Assembly (NCBI GenBank): GCA_963779415.1
Contig: CAVZYA010000001.1
Coordinates: 992,001-1,056,000 of the forward strand
Source of the DNA: an uncultured Acidobacteriota bacterium
GTDB lineage: Bacteria > Acidobacteriota > Thermoanaerobaculia > UBA5066
Length of the DNA stretch: 64,000 bases
Reading direction: 5' to 3'
The position numbers and the translations under genes are program-made. This document shows, piece by piece, positions 21,573 to 31,868 of this stretch (position 1 is the stretch's first letter; each line of letters starts with the position of its first letter). Below the pieces are notes generated by a model. It was not told where the DNA came from. It searched no databases and saw only the letters and a program-made list of their open reading frames with translations.

Positions 21573-22264
21573 CGGAGATCCTCCAGCCGCTCGCGCAGCT
21601 TCCGCGCCGCGCGGAAGAGGTGGGATTTGATCGTCCCCTCGTCCAGGCCGGTGGCCACGCCAATCTCCGCGATCGAGCGCTCCTCGTAATGCTTCATGAC
21701 GAAGACGGTCCGCTGGCGGGGCGAGAGGGCGACGAGCGCATCGGCGATCCGGCGTCGGATCTCGCGCGACATCAGGTCCCGCTCGGGAGACGTTCCGTCC
21801 GCAGGATCGAGGCGGTCCGGAATCTCCGGCCCGCCCTCCTCGTCGGCGCCCCGGAGATCGCTGAAGGAGACGACCGGCCGCCGCCGCCGGACGAGGTCGC
21901 GCACCGCGTTGATGGCGATCCGCGTCACCCAGGTCTCGAACGCGGCGCCGCCCTTGAAGTCCCGGAGCGCCCGGTAGGCCTTCACGAAGACGTCCTGCGT
22001 CAGCCCGTCCGCCTCCGCGGGATCACGGAGGAGCGTGTAGGCGAGCCGGTAGATCCGCTTCTGATACGTCCGGACGAAGTACTCGTAGCGGTCCGTCTCG
22101 CCCGCAAGGATTCTCTCGATCTCGGCCCGCTCGAGCTCCTGCCGCTCGGCGGCCGAATGGTCCGGGGCACGGTCTACCGGCTTCAACTCGGCCGCTCCGG
22201 TCCGGTTCCCGAACCGTGCCACGCCGGGAAAGCCGAAGACCTCCGCGAGACCTGTCGCACCCAT
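21569..22264 (-). CDS. ECF RNA polymerase sigma factor
   Basis: Region 2 (TQDVFVKAY...FETWVTRIAIN) and region 4 (LSPRQR...GTIKSHLFRA). Confidence 0.92.
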   Translation of the reverse strand: MGATGLAEVFGFPGVARFGNRTGAAELKPVDRAPDHSAAERQELERAEIERILAGETDRYEYFVRTYQKRIYRLAYTLLRDPAEADGLTQDVFVKAYRALRDFKGGAAFETWVTRIAINAVRDLVRRRRPVVSFSDLRGADEEGGPEIPDRLDPADGTSPERDLMSREIRRRIADALVALSPRQRTVFVMKHYEERSIAEIGVATGLDEGTIKSHLFRAARKLRERLEDLR

Positions 22265-22273
22265 GCTTCATGA

Positions 22274-22300
22274 GACGGTTCGAACACGCTGCCGGTTTAC
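22274..22300 (-). promoter_or_regulatory. Candidate ECF autoregulatory promoter GTAAAC-N17-CGTC
   Basis: AAC...CGT spacing typical of ECF promoters; ends 9 nt before the ATG at 22264. Confidence 0.55.
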
Positions 22301-22332
22301 CTTCTAAGACGCTCGGCTCCGGAAGGATAGCT

Positions 22333-23058
22333 TCAGACTTCCTCCCGCCGCTTCCAGGGCCGCAGCCACGCTTTCGAGTCGTCCCACAGCACGATCCGCT
22401 TCCGGAAGAGCGAGAGCGCCCACTCGACGCCGCCCGGCGAAGTTTCGGGCTCGAAGTAGCTCGAGAGAAGGAGCTTCCGGTCCTCGGGCCGGTTCAGACC
22501 GAGACGGGAGAGATCCCGAAGCCGGTTCCAGAGAGAGACCGGGCTCTCCCCAAGGCGTGCCCGGGTCAGGTCGACGAGCCAGATCGAGAAGCCCGCACCT
22601 TCGCGCGTGACGAGAACGTTTCCGTCAGAGAGGTCCCGGAAGAAGACGCCGGAGTCGTGCATCCTCCTCGCGAGCCGGCCGAGGGCCGCGAGCAGCGGTT
22701 CGAGGGGAATCCCGAGCCGCGGCTCGCCGCGTGCCGGATCGTCGCGCCGGAGGAACCACTCGCGGACCTGAACCGCCCCTTCGAGACGCCGGCTCACGTA
22801 CCAGCTCTCCCCACCCCGTCGGACGACGCCGAGCGGCTCGGGCGTCGGGATGCCGCGCGCGATCAGCTCCTTCGCCACCGAAGCGGAGCGCTCGGCGCGC
22901 GTCCGACCGGGCTTGTCGAAGAGGCTCGCCGGCGTCTTCTTGACGACCACCGGGATTCGGCCCTCGCTTCCAACCAGCGTCGCCTCCACCACCTCGTATC
23001 GCCCCGGATGGCGGACGGGGCTCTCGTCGAATTCGAGGTCCGATTCGCGGAGAATCAC
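22333..23058 (-). CDS. Lipopolysaccharide kinase (Kdo/WaaP/InaA family)
   Basis: GIPTPEP, MHDSGVFFRDLSDGNVL, LVDL; GTGA overlap with arnT-like gene. Confidence 0.8.
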   Translation of the reverse strand: MILRESDLEFDESPVRHPGRYEVVEATLVGSEGRIPVVVKKTPASLFDKPGRTRAERSASVAKELIARGIPTPEPLGVVRRGGESWYVSRRLEGAVQVREWFLRRDDPARGEPRLGIPLEPLLAALGRLARRMHDSGVFFRDLSDGNVLVTREGAGFSIWLVDLTRARLGESPVSLWNRLRDLSRLGLNRPEDRKLLLSSYFEPETSPGGVEWALSLFRKRIVLWDDSKAWLRPWKRREEV

Positions 23059-24689
23059 GGGAGCCCCATCAGGACGACCTTCCCCTGACCCACCGGCGAC
23101 CGGTCGACCACGACGAGAGACTTCAGAAGGGGATCCTCCCACCTTCCGAGATGATCCTCGGTCACGAGAACCATCCCCCGCGGCTCGGAGCGGAGCCAGG
23201 TCGCGAGCTCCTCCTCGCTCCTCGGGTGCGCGGTCTTCCGGCGGAGGACGAGAATGGGGTAGCAGCGGTAGGGATCCCCGTAATACGCGAGCGGCTCGCC
23301 ATGCGCGAACGAGGGCGCGATCCGTTCGTAGAAGGCGCGCCCCGTCTTCCTCGCGTCGACGGCGGGAAAGACTGCCGCCGCCACCGACGCCTCCCCGGCC
23401 GCCACCGCCGCCGCGAGGGCGAGGAGGACCGGGATCGCCTCGCGACGCCTCGCGAGCGCCACGGCCGCCACGCCGAGCCCTCCGATCGCGAGCGGGGCCG
23501 CGACCCACGGAGCGAGGCCGGCGTACGCCGGGAACCGGCCGGCCACCCGGGTCGGGAAGAGAGCTGCCGATGCGACGAGCAAGACGCCTACGAAGAGCGC
23601 GTAGCCCCGGAAGAGCCGGGCCCGGAGCGGGGAGCCGGAGACGCGCGCCTCGCGATCCGCGGCCCCCGCCGCGGCGGCGAGAAGGACCGCCGCGAACGGG
23701 TAGGCCATCAGGAGGTACTTACCCTGCTTCGCCTGCGAGATCGAGAGGAAGACGAACGAGGTGGCGAAGACCGCCGCGGCGAGCCGCAGCTCCGACCGCT
23801 CGCGGAAGAGCCCGGCGCGCGCCGCGACGAACGGAGCCGCGAGTGCGGGAAGCGTCCAGGGCTCGAAGTCGATGGAGATCGACTCGAAATAGAACCACCA
23901 GGGCTGGATGTGGTCGAAGGCTCGGAAAAAGCGGTTCCAGTTCTGGTTGACGACGAGGTCGTACGCATACTCCCGCCCGCCGTGGAGCGAGGCCGCCACG
24001 TACCACGGGACGACGAGGAGGCCGACGACGAGCGCTCCGCGGGCCGGGGCGAGGTCGAGAAGCGGGCGGGCCGATCGCGCCCGCACGCATTCCACGACGA
24101 CGACGAGACCGAGAAGGACGAGCGTGAGCGGACCCTTGGCGAGGATCCCCGCCGCGATCAAGAGGTGCAGCGCCGTCCGCCACCGCCCCGCGCGCTTCGG
24201 GTCGTTCCAGACGCCCCACTCGGCGACGTATCCCCAGACGACGAGCGCCGAGAAGAGCGCGTCGATCTGAAGGAACTGTCCCTGCCACCAGACGACCGGC
24301 ACCGTGGCCGTCACCGCCCCCGCGAGGAGCGCTTCGCTCCGGCTCCCGCGTCGCCCGGCGAGCCACGCGGAGGCGAAGACGATTGCCCCCGCGGCCAAAG
24401 CCGACGGCAGGCGCGTGGCGGCGGGGTGGACGTCTCCCCCCGAGAGAAGCGTCGTGGCGGCGATCGCCCAGTAGAAGAGCGGCGGCTTTTCCGAGTAGGG
24501 GACGCCGTTCTGGTACGGGATCAGGAGGTCCCGGCGCTCGAGCATCTCGCGTGTCTGCTCGGCGAAATCGGGCTCGTCCGGCGCCCAGAAGTCGCGCCAC
24601 GCCCCGGCGAGGAAGAAGAGCGCCGCCGCGGCGAGGGCGAGGGCCAGGGGGACGCGGGAGCGGGCCGAGCCCGCCGTCGGGTCGATCAA
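23055..24689 (-). CDS. ArnT/PMT-family membrane glycosyltransferase
   Basis: APDEPDF, EKPPLFYW, RLPSA, LAKGP, HIQPWWFY, KQGKYLL; start (TTG) approximate. Confidence 0.85.
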   Translation of the reverse strand: MIDPTAGSARSRVPLALALAAAALFFLAGAWRDFWAPDEPDFAEQTREMLERRDLLIPYQNGVPYSEKPPLFYWAIAATTLLSGGDVHPAATRLPSALAAGAIVFASAWLAGRRGSRSEALLAGAVTATVPVVWWQGQFLQIDALFSALVVWGYVAEWGVWNDPKRAGRWRTALHLLIAAGILAKGPLTLVLLGLVVVVECVRARSARPLLDLAPARGALVVGLLVVPWYVAASLHGGREYAYDLVVNQNWNRFFRAFDHIQPWWFYFESISIDFEPWTLPALAAPFVAARAGLFRERSELRLAAAVFATSFVFLSISQAKQGKYLLMAYPFAAVLLAAAAGAADREARVSGSPLRARLFRGYALFVGVLLVASAALFPTRVAGRFPAYAGLAPWVAAPLAIGGLGVAAVALARRREAIPVLLALAAAVAAGEASVAAAVFPAVDARKTGRAFYERIAPSFAHGEPLAYYGDPYRCYPILVLRRKTAHPRSEEELATWLRSEPRGMVLVTEDHLGRWEDPLLKSLVVVDRSPVGQGKVVLMGLP

Positions 24690-24717
24690 CGCCGGATACG
24701 ATACGCGACCCGGAGGC

Positions 24718-24957
24718 ATGCCGATGGCCCAGCAGTTCCTGCACCTCTTCCGCCTCACCGTCGATGGGCTCCCCGAGACGGTCGAGTTCCGGATGTTCCA
24801 CGAGCTCGACGACGTGACCGAAGTGACGGACGCCTTCTCCAAGTACGTCGCCCGGCAGGAAGACGATTTTCTCCCGCTCGGCCCCGCGGCGGCCGTCCGC
24901 GCGAACCGGATTCTCCACATCGCCCATGTCCGCGTGGAGAGAGCGCCGACGACGTGA
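24718..24957 (+). CDS. Hypothetical protein (79 aa)
   Basis: GGAGG upstream, GC3-biased codons, fills the gap before the tRNA. Confidence 0.65.
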   Translation: MPMAQQFLHLFRLTVDGLPETVEFRMFHELDDVTEVTDAFSKYVARQEDDFLPLGPAAAVRANRILHIAHVRVERAPTT

Positions 24958-24962
24958 GGAGA

Positions 24963-25039
24963 TGGTGGGCCCGGGGAGACTCGAACTCCCGGCACGCAGT
25001 TTAGGAAACTGCTGCTCTATCCACCTGAGCTACGGGCCC
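24963..25039 (-). tRNA. tRNA-Arg(CCT)
   Basis: GGGCCCG acceptor stem, anticodon arm GCAGT-TTCCTAA-ACTGC, GTTCGA T-loop, encoded CCA. Confidence 0.96.
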
Positions 25040-25068
25040 CGGACTAGGATTGTAGCCGGGGGGAATCC

Positions 25069-26598
25069 ATGGGAAACGAAAGCGAAAAGCCCGGAGGACC
25101 CGACTTCGAGGCCGGAGTCGCCCTCGAGGACATTCCTGACGGCGGGATGCTGTCGGGCCACGTCGGGAACGACGCGGTCCTGATCGCGCGAATCGGGGAC
25201 AAGGTCTTCGCCGTCGGGGCGACGTGCACCCATTACGGAGGGCCACTCGCCGAAGGGATTCTCGTGGGCCAGACGGTCCGGTGTCCCTGGCACCACGCGG
25301 CCTTCGACCTCGAGACCGGCGACGCGATCCGGCCTCCGGCGCGGGATCGGGTCCCCTGCTGGCACGTCGAGCGCCGCGGCGGAAGAGTCATCGTGACCCG
25401 CCGGGCGGAGCCTCCCGCCCGCTCGCCCGCCGCGGGTGGGCACCCGGCCCGGATCGTCATCGTCGGCGGCGGCGCGGCCGGGAACGCCGCGGCGGAGACC
25501 CTGCGGGCGGAGGGCTTCGGTGGGACCCTGACGCTCGTCAGTTCCGATCCCGACCTCCCCTACGACCGGCCGAATCTCTCGAAGGACTATCTCGCGGGAC
25601 ATGCGCCCGAGGAGTGGCTTCCGCTCAGGGACCGCGAGTTCTACGACAGATCGAAGATCGATCTCCGCCTTGGCGTCGCCGCCACGGCCCTCGACCGCAC
25701 GAGCCGACGGCTTCTCCTCTCGGACGGATCGGCGCTCGGGTACGACGCGCTCCTTCTGGCGACCGGCGCCGAGGCGATCCGCCTGCCGATCGACGGTGCG
25801 GATCGTCCCCACGTCCGGACGCTGCGGACGCTGGCCGACAGCCGCGCCCTCATCGCGGCCTCGGGGGGCGCCCGGCGCGCCGTCGTCATCGGAGCCAGCT
25901 TCATCGCGCTCGAGACGGCGGCCTCCCTCAGGTCCCGCGGACTCTCCGTCGACGTCGTGGCGCCGGAGGCCGTCCCTCTCGAGAAGGTGATGGGGAGCGA
26001 GGTCGGTACATTCGTCAGGCGGCTCCACGAAGAGCACGGCGTCGTCTTCCACCTCGGGAGGACGCCGAAAGAGATCGGCCCGTCCGCCGTCACCCTCGAC
26101 GACGACGCCAGACTTCCCGCCGATCTCGTCGTCATGGGTGTCGGCGTGAGGCCGTCCACGGCTCTCGCCGAGAGTGCCGGCCTCGCCACCGAGCGAGGCG
26201 TCCTCGTCGACGAGCGGCTGCGGACGAACGATCCCGCCGTCTTCGCTGCCGGCGACATCGCGCGTTATCCGGACAGGCGCTTCGGCGGGAGAATCCGGAT
26301 CGAGCACTGGATCGTGGCTCAGCGCCAGGGGCGGACCGCCGGGCGCAACATGCTCGGCCTCGGCGAGCGGTTCGACGCCGTCCCGTTCTTCTGGAGCGCC
26401 CACTACGACGTGACGATCTCCTACGTCGGGCACGCGGAGGCGTGGGACTCCGTCGAGATCGACGGAAGCCTGGACAGGCGCGACGCAAAGGTCACCTATC
26501 GGAAATCGGGCCGGACGCTGGCGGTGGCGACGGTCGGTCGGGACCGGGACAGTCTTTCGGCCGAAGTTGCAATGGAGGGGGGACCGAAAACGGCCTGA
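25069..26598 (+). CDS. Rieske [2Fe-2S] + FAD-dependent pyridine nucleotide oxidoreductase (AIF3-like)
   Basis: CTH...CPWH, GGGAAG, YDRPNLSK, LLATG, AAGD, RIEHW, VPFFWS. Confidence 0.92.
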   Translation: MGNESEKPGGPDFEAGVALEDIPDGGMLSGHVGNDAVLIARIGDKVFAVGATCTHYGGPLAEGILVGQTVRCPWHHAAFDLETGDAIRPPARDRVPCWHVERRGGRVIVTRRAEPPARSPAAGGHPARIVIVGGGAAGNAAAETLRAEGFGGTLTLVSSDPDLPYDRPNLSKDYLAGHAPEEWLPLRDREFYDRSKIDLRLGVAATALDRTSRRLLLSDGSALGYDALLLATGAEAIRLPIDGADRPHVRTLRTLADSRALIAASGGARRAVVIGASFIALETAASLRSRGLSVDVVAPEAVPLEKVMGSEVGTFVRRLHEEHGVVFHLGRTPKEIGPSAVTLDDDARLPADLVVMGVGVRPSTALAESAGLATERGVLVDERLRTNDPAVFAAGDIARYPDRRFGGRIRIEHWIVAQRQGRTAGRNMLGLGERFDAVPFFWSAHYDVTISYVGHAEAWDSVEIDGSLDRRDAKVTYRKSGRTLAVATVGRDRDSLSAEVAMEGGPKTA

Positions 26599-26675
26599 CC
26601 ACCTCTACGCCGGCCGCAGAACCTCGTGCGAGACGTGGAACCCGGGCTACATGGCAGGGAGCCGGGCCTCCGGAT

Positions 26676-26957
26676 TCACCGATCGCACTCCAACTTCTCG
26701 CCCCAGAAGAAGAGCGTGCCACCCGTCTCCTCTCTCTTCTTCTTCTCCTCGACGAACTGCCAGAGGAAGGCCTTGGCGGTAGCCCGCTGGCACCCCTTCT
26801 GGACCATCAGGTCGAGGACGGTGCCCGGCAGGTCCTCGGGGAGGCTCGCTTCGATCCCGAGGTAGTCACACTTCCCCGCGAGATCATCGTCGACCCAGAG
26901 CTGGTACCGGGTTACGTCCCCGGCGTCCCGGACCTGAAACCGGCGCGTCACCTTCAT
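26676..26957 (-). CDS. Hypothetical protein (93 aa)
   Basis: GGAGG upstream, coding-like codon use. Confidence 0.6.
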   Translation of the reverse strand: MKVTRRFQVRDAGDVTRYQLWVDDDLAGKCDYLGIEASLPEDLPGTVLDLMVQKGCQRATAKAFLWQFVEEKKKREETGGTLFFWGEKLECDR

Positions 26958-27003
26958 CCGGGCCTCCGCTTGCGACTCCTCTCAGGACCTTTCCCCCGTA
27001 TCT

Positions 27004-28989
27004 TCACCCGAAAAGCCTCTGCGAACGAAGCTCGCGGATCCGGTCGCGGAGGGAGGCCGCCGTCTCGAACTCGAGGGCACGCGCGGCTTCTTTCATCTTC
27101 TTCTCGAGATCCCCGATCTCGGCTTCGAGCGCGGCGGCGCCGCGCGGCTCCTTCCGCTCCCCCAGCCGCTGCGGCTCTAAGTAGTCGAGGTTCGCCATGG
27201 CGAGGAGAGGCGAGTCGACGGCCTTGACGATCGACTCGGGGACGATCCCGTGCTCGTCGTTGAAGGCTTTCTGCGTCGTTCGCCGGCGCTCCGTCTCGGC
27301 CAGGGCCCGCCGGATCGAGTCGGTGACCTTCCCGGCATAGAAGATCACGAGGCCGTTCAGGTTCCGCGCCGCGCGCCCGGCCGTCTGGATGAGCGACGTC
27401 TCCGACCGGAGAAACCCTTCCTTGTCGGCGTCGAGAACCGCGACGAGCGACACTTCCGGCAGGTCGAGCCCTTCCCTCAGGAGGTTGACTCCCACGAGCA
27501 CATCGAAGACGCCGCGGCGGAAATCGCCAATGATCTGGACCCGCTCCAGCGTCTGGATGTCCGAGTGGAGATAGCGGACGCGGACCCCCAGCTCGAGAAA
27601 GTAGTTCGTCAGGTCCTCGGCCATCCGCTTCGTCAGGGTCGTCACGAGCGTCCTCTCCCCGCGAGCTGTCCGTTCGCGGACGCGCGAGAGGAGATCGTCC
27701 ACCTGCCCCTTCACCGGCCGGATCTCGATCGGCGGGTCGAGGAGCCCCGTCGGGCGGATCACCTGCTCGACGACCTCGCCACCCGTCTGCGAAAGCTCCC
27801 ACGGGCCTGGCGTCGCGGAAACGTAGAGCCGCTCCCCCACCCGCTCCATCCACTCCTCGAACGTGAGCGGCCGGTTGTCGAGGGCGGACGGGAGGCGGAA
27901 GCCGTACTCCACGAGCGTCGCCTTCCGCGACCGGTCGCCGTGGAACATGGCGCGAACCTGCGGGAGCGTCTGGTGGCTCTCGTCGACGATCGTGAGGTAT
28001 CCCTCCGGGAAGTAGTCGAGGAGGGTCGGGGGCGGCTCGCCCGCCTTACGCCCCGAGAGGTGCCGCGAGTAGTTCTCGATCCCCGGGCAGTACCCCAGCT
28101 CGCGGATCATCTCGAGGTCGAAGCGGGTCCGCTGTTCCAGCCGCTGCGCCTCGAGAAGCTTCCCCTGCTCCTTCAGCTCCTCGACGCGGACGACCATTTC
28201 CGCCTCGATGGAGCCGAGGGCGCGCGTCCGGATCTCCTCCGGAGTGACGTAGTGAGAGGTCGGGAAGAGCTCGAAGCGCGGGATCGCCCCGAGCGTCTTT
28301 CCCGTCACAACCTCGAAGCGCGAGATCCGGTCGATCTCCTCGCCAAAGAACTCCACGCGGAGCCCCGTCTCCTCGTACGCCGGCAGGATCTCGAGAAGGT
28401 CCCCCCGGACGCGGAAGCTCCCGCGCGAAAGGTCCAGCGCCGTCCGCTCGTACTGCGCCTCGACGAGCCGCTTCAGGTACCAGGTGAGGCCGAAGCGGGC
28501 CCCCTTCTCGAACTCGATCGCCATCTTCCCGAACGACTCCGGGCTCCCGAGGCCGTAGATGCACGAGACCGAGGCCACGATCAGGACGTCGCGGCGCTCG
28601 AAGAGGGCGGCCGTCGCCGAGATCCGGAGCTTGTCGATCTCCTCGTTGATGTCCGTCTCCTTCTCGATGTACGTGTCCGACTGCGGCACGTACGCCTCGG
28701 GCTGGTAGTAGTCGTAGTAGGAGACGAAATATTCCACCCGGTTCTTCGGGAAGAACCCCCGGAACTCCTGGTAAAGCTGCGCGGCGAGCGTCTTGTTGTG
28801 CGAGAGGACGAGCGTCGGTCGGTCCAGCGCCTCGACCACCTTCGCCATCGTGAAGGTCTTTCCGGAGCCGGTGACGCCGAGGAGGACCTGCGTCCTTCGC
28901 CCCTCGCGAAATCCGCGGACGAGCGCCTCGATGGCCTGCGGCTGGTCGCCGGAGGGCGTCAGCGGGGAGACGACCTCGAACGGAGGCAC
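27004..28989 (-). CDS. uvrB: Excinuclease ABC subunit B
   Basis: [30 protein letters not shown]-terminal UVR domain. Confidence 0.98.
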   Translation of the reverse strand: MPPFEVVSPLTPSGDQPQAIEALVRGFREGRRTQVLLGVTGSGKTFTMAKVVEALDRPTLVLSHNKTLAAQLYQEFRGFFPKNRVEYFVSYYDYYQPEAYVPQSDTYIEKETDINEEIDKLRISATAALFERRDVLIVASVSCIYGLGSPESFGKMAIEFEKGARFGLTWYLKRLVEAQYERTALDLSRGSFRVRGDLLEILPAYEETGLRVEFFGEEIDRISRFEVVTGKTLGAIPRFELFPTSHYVTPEEIRTRALGSIEAEMVVRVEELKEQGKLLEAQRLEQRTRFDLEMIRELGYCPGIENYSRHLSGRKAGEPPPTLLDYFPEGYLTIVDESHQTLPQVRAMFHGDRSRKATLVEYGFRLPSALDNRPLTFEEWMERVGERLYVSATPGPWELSQTGGEVVEQVIRPTGLLDPPIEIRPVKGQVDDLLSRVRERTARGERTLVTTLTKRMAEDLTNYFLELGVRVRYLHSDIQTLERVQIIGDFRRGVFDVLVGVNLLREGLDLPEVSLVAVLDADKEGFLRSETSLIQTAGRAARNLNGLVIFYAGKVTDSIRRALAETERRRTTQKAFNDEHGIVPESIVKAVDSPLLAMANLDYLEPQRLGERKEPRGAAALEAEIGDLEKKMKEAARALEFETAASLRDRIRELRSQRLFG

Positions 28990-28990
28990 G

Positions 28991-29422
28991 CTAGGGGGCG
29001 GCCTTCTTCAGCGCGGCGGTCAGATCCCGGATCTCCTCCGGCGTCACTTTGCCGTCCGCCGCCACCGCCGTCGCCTTCTCCTGGATCTCCTTCACCTTCG
29101 TCGGGGGGACTTTGCTCGCCGTCGCCTCGTCGCGGAAGCGCTCGAACGCCGAGCGGAACTCGGCTCGCTCGGCGGGCGTCACGTCGGCTGTGCACCCCAT
29201 CAGGACGGCGTCCTCGAGCCTCGTCAGGGCCCAGCCCATCATCTGCCGCGCGTTCGACATCAGGAAGACGAGCCCGACGATGACGATCACCGACGCCGCC
29301 GCGCAGCCGACGAGCCCCCACGAGAGGCATCCGCTCCTCTTCGCGTCGACCGGCGGCGGCAGGGGCGGCAGGACGAGGGGCGGAATCGCCGGTGGCGGGT
29401 TCGGAGGGACCTCTTCAGACAT
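28991..29422 (-). CDS. Hypothetical single-pass membrane protein
   Basis: Pro-rich N-terminus, KRSGCL...GC then TM helix. Confidence 0.65.
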   Translation of the reverse strand: MSEEVPPNPPPAIPPLVLPPLPPPVDAKRSGCLSWGLVGCAAASVIVIVGLVFLMSNARQMMGWALTRLEDAVLMGCTADVTPAERAEFRSAFERFRDEATASKVPPTKVKEIQEKATAVAADGKVTPEEIRDLTAALKKAAP

Positions 29423-29465
29423 GCCGTGCCTCGGGCCCGAAAGTTACCACGTGCGAAAATGATCC

Positions 29466-31868
29466 GTGGGCCGCCGCGCCGCCGCGATCGCCGTCCTGCT
29501 CCTTCCCGTCGTCGTCACGGCGGGGCTCGGCGTCGGGGCCGGCTGGGCGCTTTCGAACGCCATCACGGTCCCGCGCGTCTCGGAGCTGGCGACGTACCGC
29601 CCGGACGTCGTGACGGAGCTGCGCGGGTGCGACGGGAGCGTTCTCGCCCGCTTCGCCCTCGAAAAGCGGACCCTCGTCGAGCGGAAGGACATTCCGGACG
29701 TCATGGTGAAGGCGCTCCTCGCCGCCGAGGACGCACGTTTCTACGAGCACAGCGGCATCGACATGATCCGGATCGGCGGCGCGCTCGTGAAGGACCTCGT
29801 CCGGCATCGGATGGCGCAGGGGGCCTCGACCCTGACGCAGCAGCTCGCGCGATCGATCTTCCTGACGCCCGAGAAGACGATCGCCCGGAAGGTGAACGAG
29901 GCGTTCCTCACGGTCGAGATCGAGAAGCGGTTCTCGAAGGACCAGATCCTCACCTTCTACCTGAACAAGATCCCGTTCGGGCACGGCGCCTACGGCGTCG
30001 AAGCCGCCTCGCAGCTCTATTTCGGCCACACCGAAAGGACGCTCTCCCTCCCCGAAGCCGCCCTCCTCGCCGGCCTCGTCCAGCGTCCCGCCGCCTACTC
30101 CCCGTACCGGGACCCGACCGCCGCGAAGCGCCGGCGCGACTTCGTCCTCCGGCGGATGGCCGAGGAGGGCTTCATCACGGAGAGGGAGCGCGCGGCGGCC
30201 GCCGGGAAGCCGGTTTCCGTCACCCGGACGTCACGAGAGGCGACCGTAGGACCGTACTTCTGCGAGGAGGTGCGCCAGTACGTCGAAAAGGAGTACGGCG
30301 AGTCGGCGCTCTACCGCAGCGGCCTCCGGATCGACACGACGCTCGACCCGAAGCTCCAGGCGGCTTCGGAGGAGGCGCTCCGGTGGGGCCTTCGCCGCGC
30401 CGACCGGCGCGCCGGCTTCCGCAAGCCCCGAAACCTCGTCTCCGAGGGGATCGACCCGCTGACATGGCGCGACCCGTCGTGGGACGACCCAAACGCTCCC
30501 ACCGACGCCGTGACCGGCGTCGTCCTCTCCGCGACGAAGACTATGGCGGAGGTTCGGGTCGGGGAGAGACGGCTCGCCCTTCCCGCGTCGGCCATGCGCT
30601 GGACGAGGGCCGAAAGCCCGGCCCGGCTCCTCGCCCGCGGGGACGTGATCCAGATCGAGTCGACGAGGGACGAGAGTGGAAAGCCCGACACGTTCCTTTC
30701 CCAGGAGCCGCAGGTGGAGGGAGCCGCGATCATCCTCGAGAACGCCACCGGCGCGGTCCGGGCGCTCGTGGGCGGCTACGATTTCGGCCGGTCCAAGTTC
30801 GATCGCGCGGTACAGGCCGTCCGGCAGGTCGGCTCGTCCTTCAAGCCGTTCGTCTACCTGACCGCCATAGAGGCGGGCTTCACGCCGGCCGACACCGTCC
30901 TCGACGCGCCGATCACGATCGTCATCGACGCCGCGCAGGAGCCGTACCGGCCGCAGAACTACGAGCGGAAGTTTTCCGGAATCGTGACGTACGAGTACGC
31001 GCTCGAGCACTCGATCAACGTCCCGGCCGTCCGCGTGGGGCTCCTCGTCGGAACGCAGAAGGTCCTGGAGACCGCGCGCCGGCTCGGCATCCGGCAGAAC
31101 CTCCTCGCCTATCCCTCGCTCCACCTCGGCGCCTTCGAGGTGACGCCGATGGAGATGGCCTCCGCGTACGCCGCCTTCGCCTCGGGCGGTCTCCTCTACA
31201 GGCCGCGGATGGTGGAGCGGATCCGGAGCTTCGACGGGCGCCTCCTCGAGCAGAGCCTCCCCGAAGGCACGGAAGCTGCCTCGCCGCAGGCGACGTACGT
31301 CCTCCTCGGGATGCTGCGGGGGGTCACGCAGCGCGGGACGGCCGCCGCCGCCGCGCGCCTCAAGCTCAACATCGCCGGAAAGACGGGGACGACGAACGAC
31401 TTCACGGATGCCTGGTTCATCGGCATGACGCCGAAGCAGACGATCGCCGTCTGGGTGGGGCACGACACGAAGAAGACGCTGGGACCGAAGTCGGCGGGCG
31501 CCGACGTTGCCCTGCCGATCTGGATGCGGATCGTCGCGCGGATGAAGGAGCTGGGGTACGTTTCCGAGACGGACGACTTCGAGATGCCGGGAAACATCGT
31601 CCTCGTGCCGGTGGACGAGGCGACGGGCTACCGGGCGACGCCGGCCTGCAGGAACACCGTCCTGATGGCCTTCGTGAACGGCACCCAGCCGACCGAACTC
31701 TGCGGCGAGGCGCCGCACGCGGTCACGAACCTCCCGCAGTACCTCCAGCGCGCCCTCTACGCGCCGAAGCGCGGCGAGCCCGCCGGGGGCGAGTACCACG
31801 TCACCGACGCCCCGAAGCTCGCCCCGCCGCTGCCGAAGGCGGGACCTGACGGGGGACCGCCGGGCTAG
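29466..31868 (+). CDS. mrcA: Class A penicillin-binding protein (PBP1A family)
   Basis: EDARFYEH, GASTLTQQ, SSFK, SIN, KTG motifs. Confidence 0.93.
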   Translation: MGRRAAAIAVLLLPVVVTAGLGVGAGWALSNAITVPRVSELATYRPDVVTELRGCDGSVLARFALEKRTLVERKDIPDVMVKALLAAEDARFYEHSGIDMIRIGGALVKDLVRHRMAQGASTLTQQLARSIFLTPEKTIARKVNEAFLTVEIEKRFSKDQILTFYLNKIPFGHGAYGVEAASQLYFGHTERTLSLPEAALLAGLVQRPAAYSPYRDPTAAKRRRDFVLRRMAEEGFITERERAAAAGKPVSVTRTSREATVGPYFCEEVRQYVEKEYGESALYRSGLRIDTTLDPKLQAASEEALRWGLRRADRRAGFRKPRNLVSEGIDPLTWRDPSWDDPNAPTDAVTGVVLSATKTMAEVRVGERRLALPASAMRWTRAESPARLLARGDVIQIESTRDESGKPDTFLSQEPQVEGAAIILENATGAVRALVGGYDFGRSKFDRAVQAVRQVGSSFKPFVYLTAIEAGFTPADTVLDAPITIVIDAAQEPYRPQNYERKFSGIVTYEYALEHSINVPAVRVGLLVGTQKVLETARRLGIRQNLLAYPSLHLGAFEVTPMEMASAYAAFASGGLLYRPRMVERIRSFDGRLLEQSLPEGTEAASPQATYVLLGMLRGVTQRGTAAAAARLKLNIAGKTGTTNDFTDAWFIGMTPKQTIAVWVGHDTKKTLGPKSAGADVALPIWMRIVARMKELGYVSETDDFEMPGNIVLVPVDEATGYRATPACRNTVLMAFVNGTQPTELCGEAPHAVTNLPQYLQRALYAPKRGEPAGGEYHVTDAPKLAPPLPKAGPDGGPPG

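Noticed and set aside
24957-25069. tRNA-Arg as an integration site
   Set aside because: No integrase, no duplicated tRNA 3' end and no compositional shift seen.
28793-31849. Very long alternative-frame and antisense ORFs (e.g. 1018 aa here, most of 57176-60583)
   Set aside because: Arg/Pro/Gly-rich shadows of real genes, expected at this GC content.
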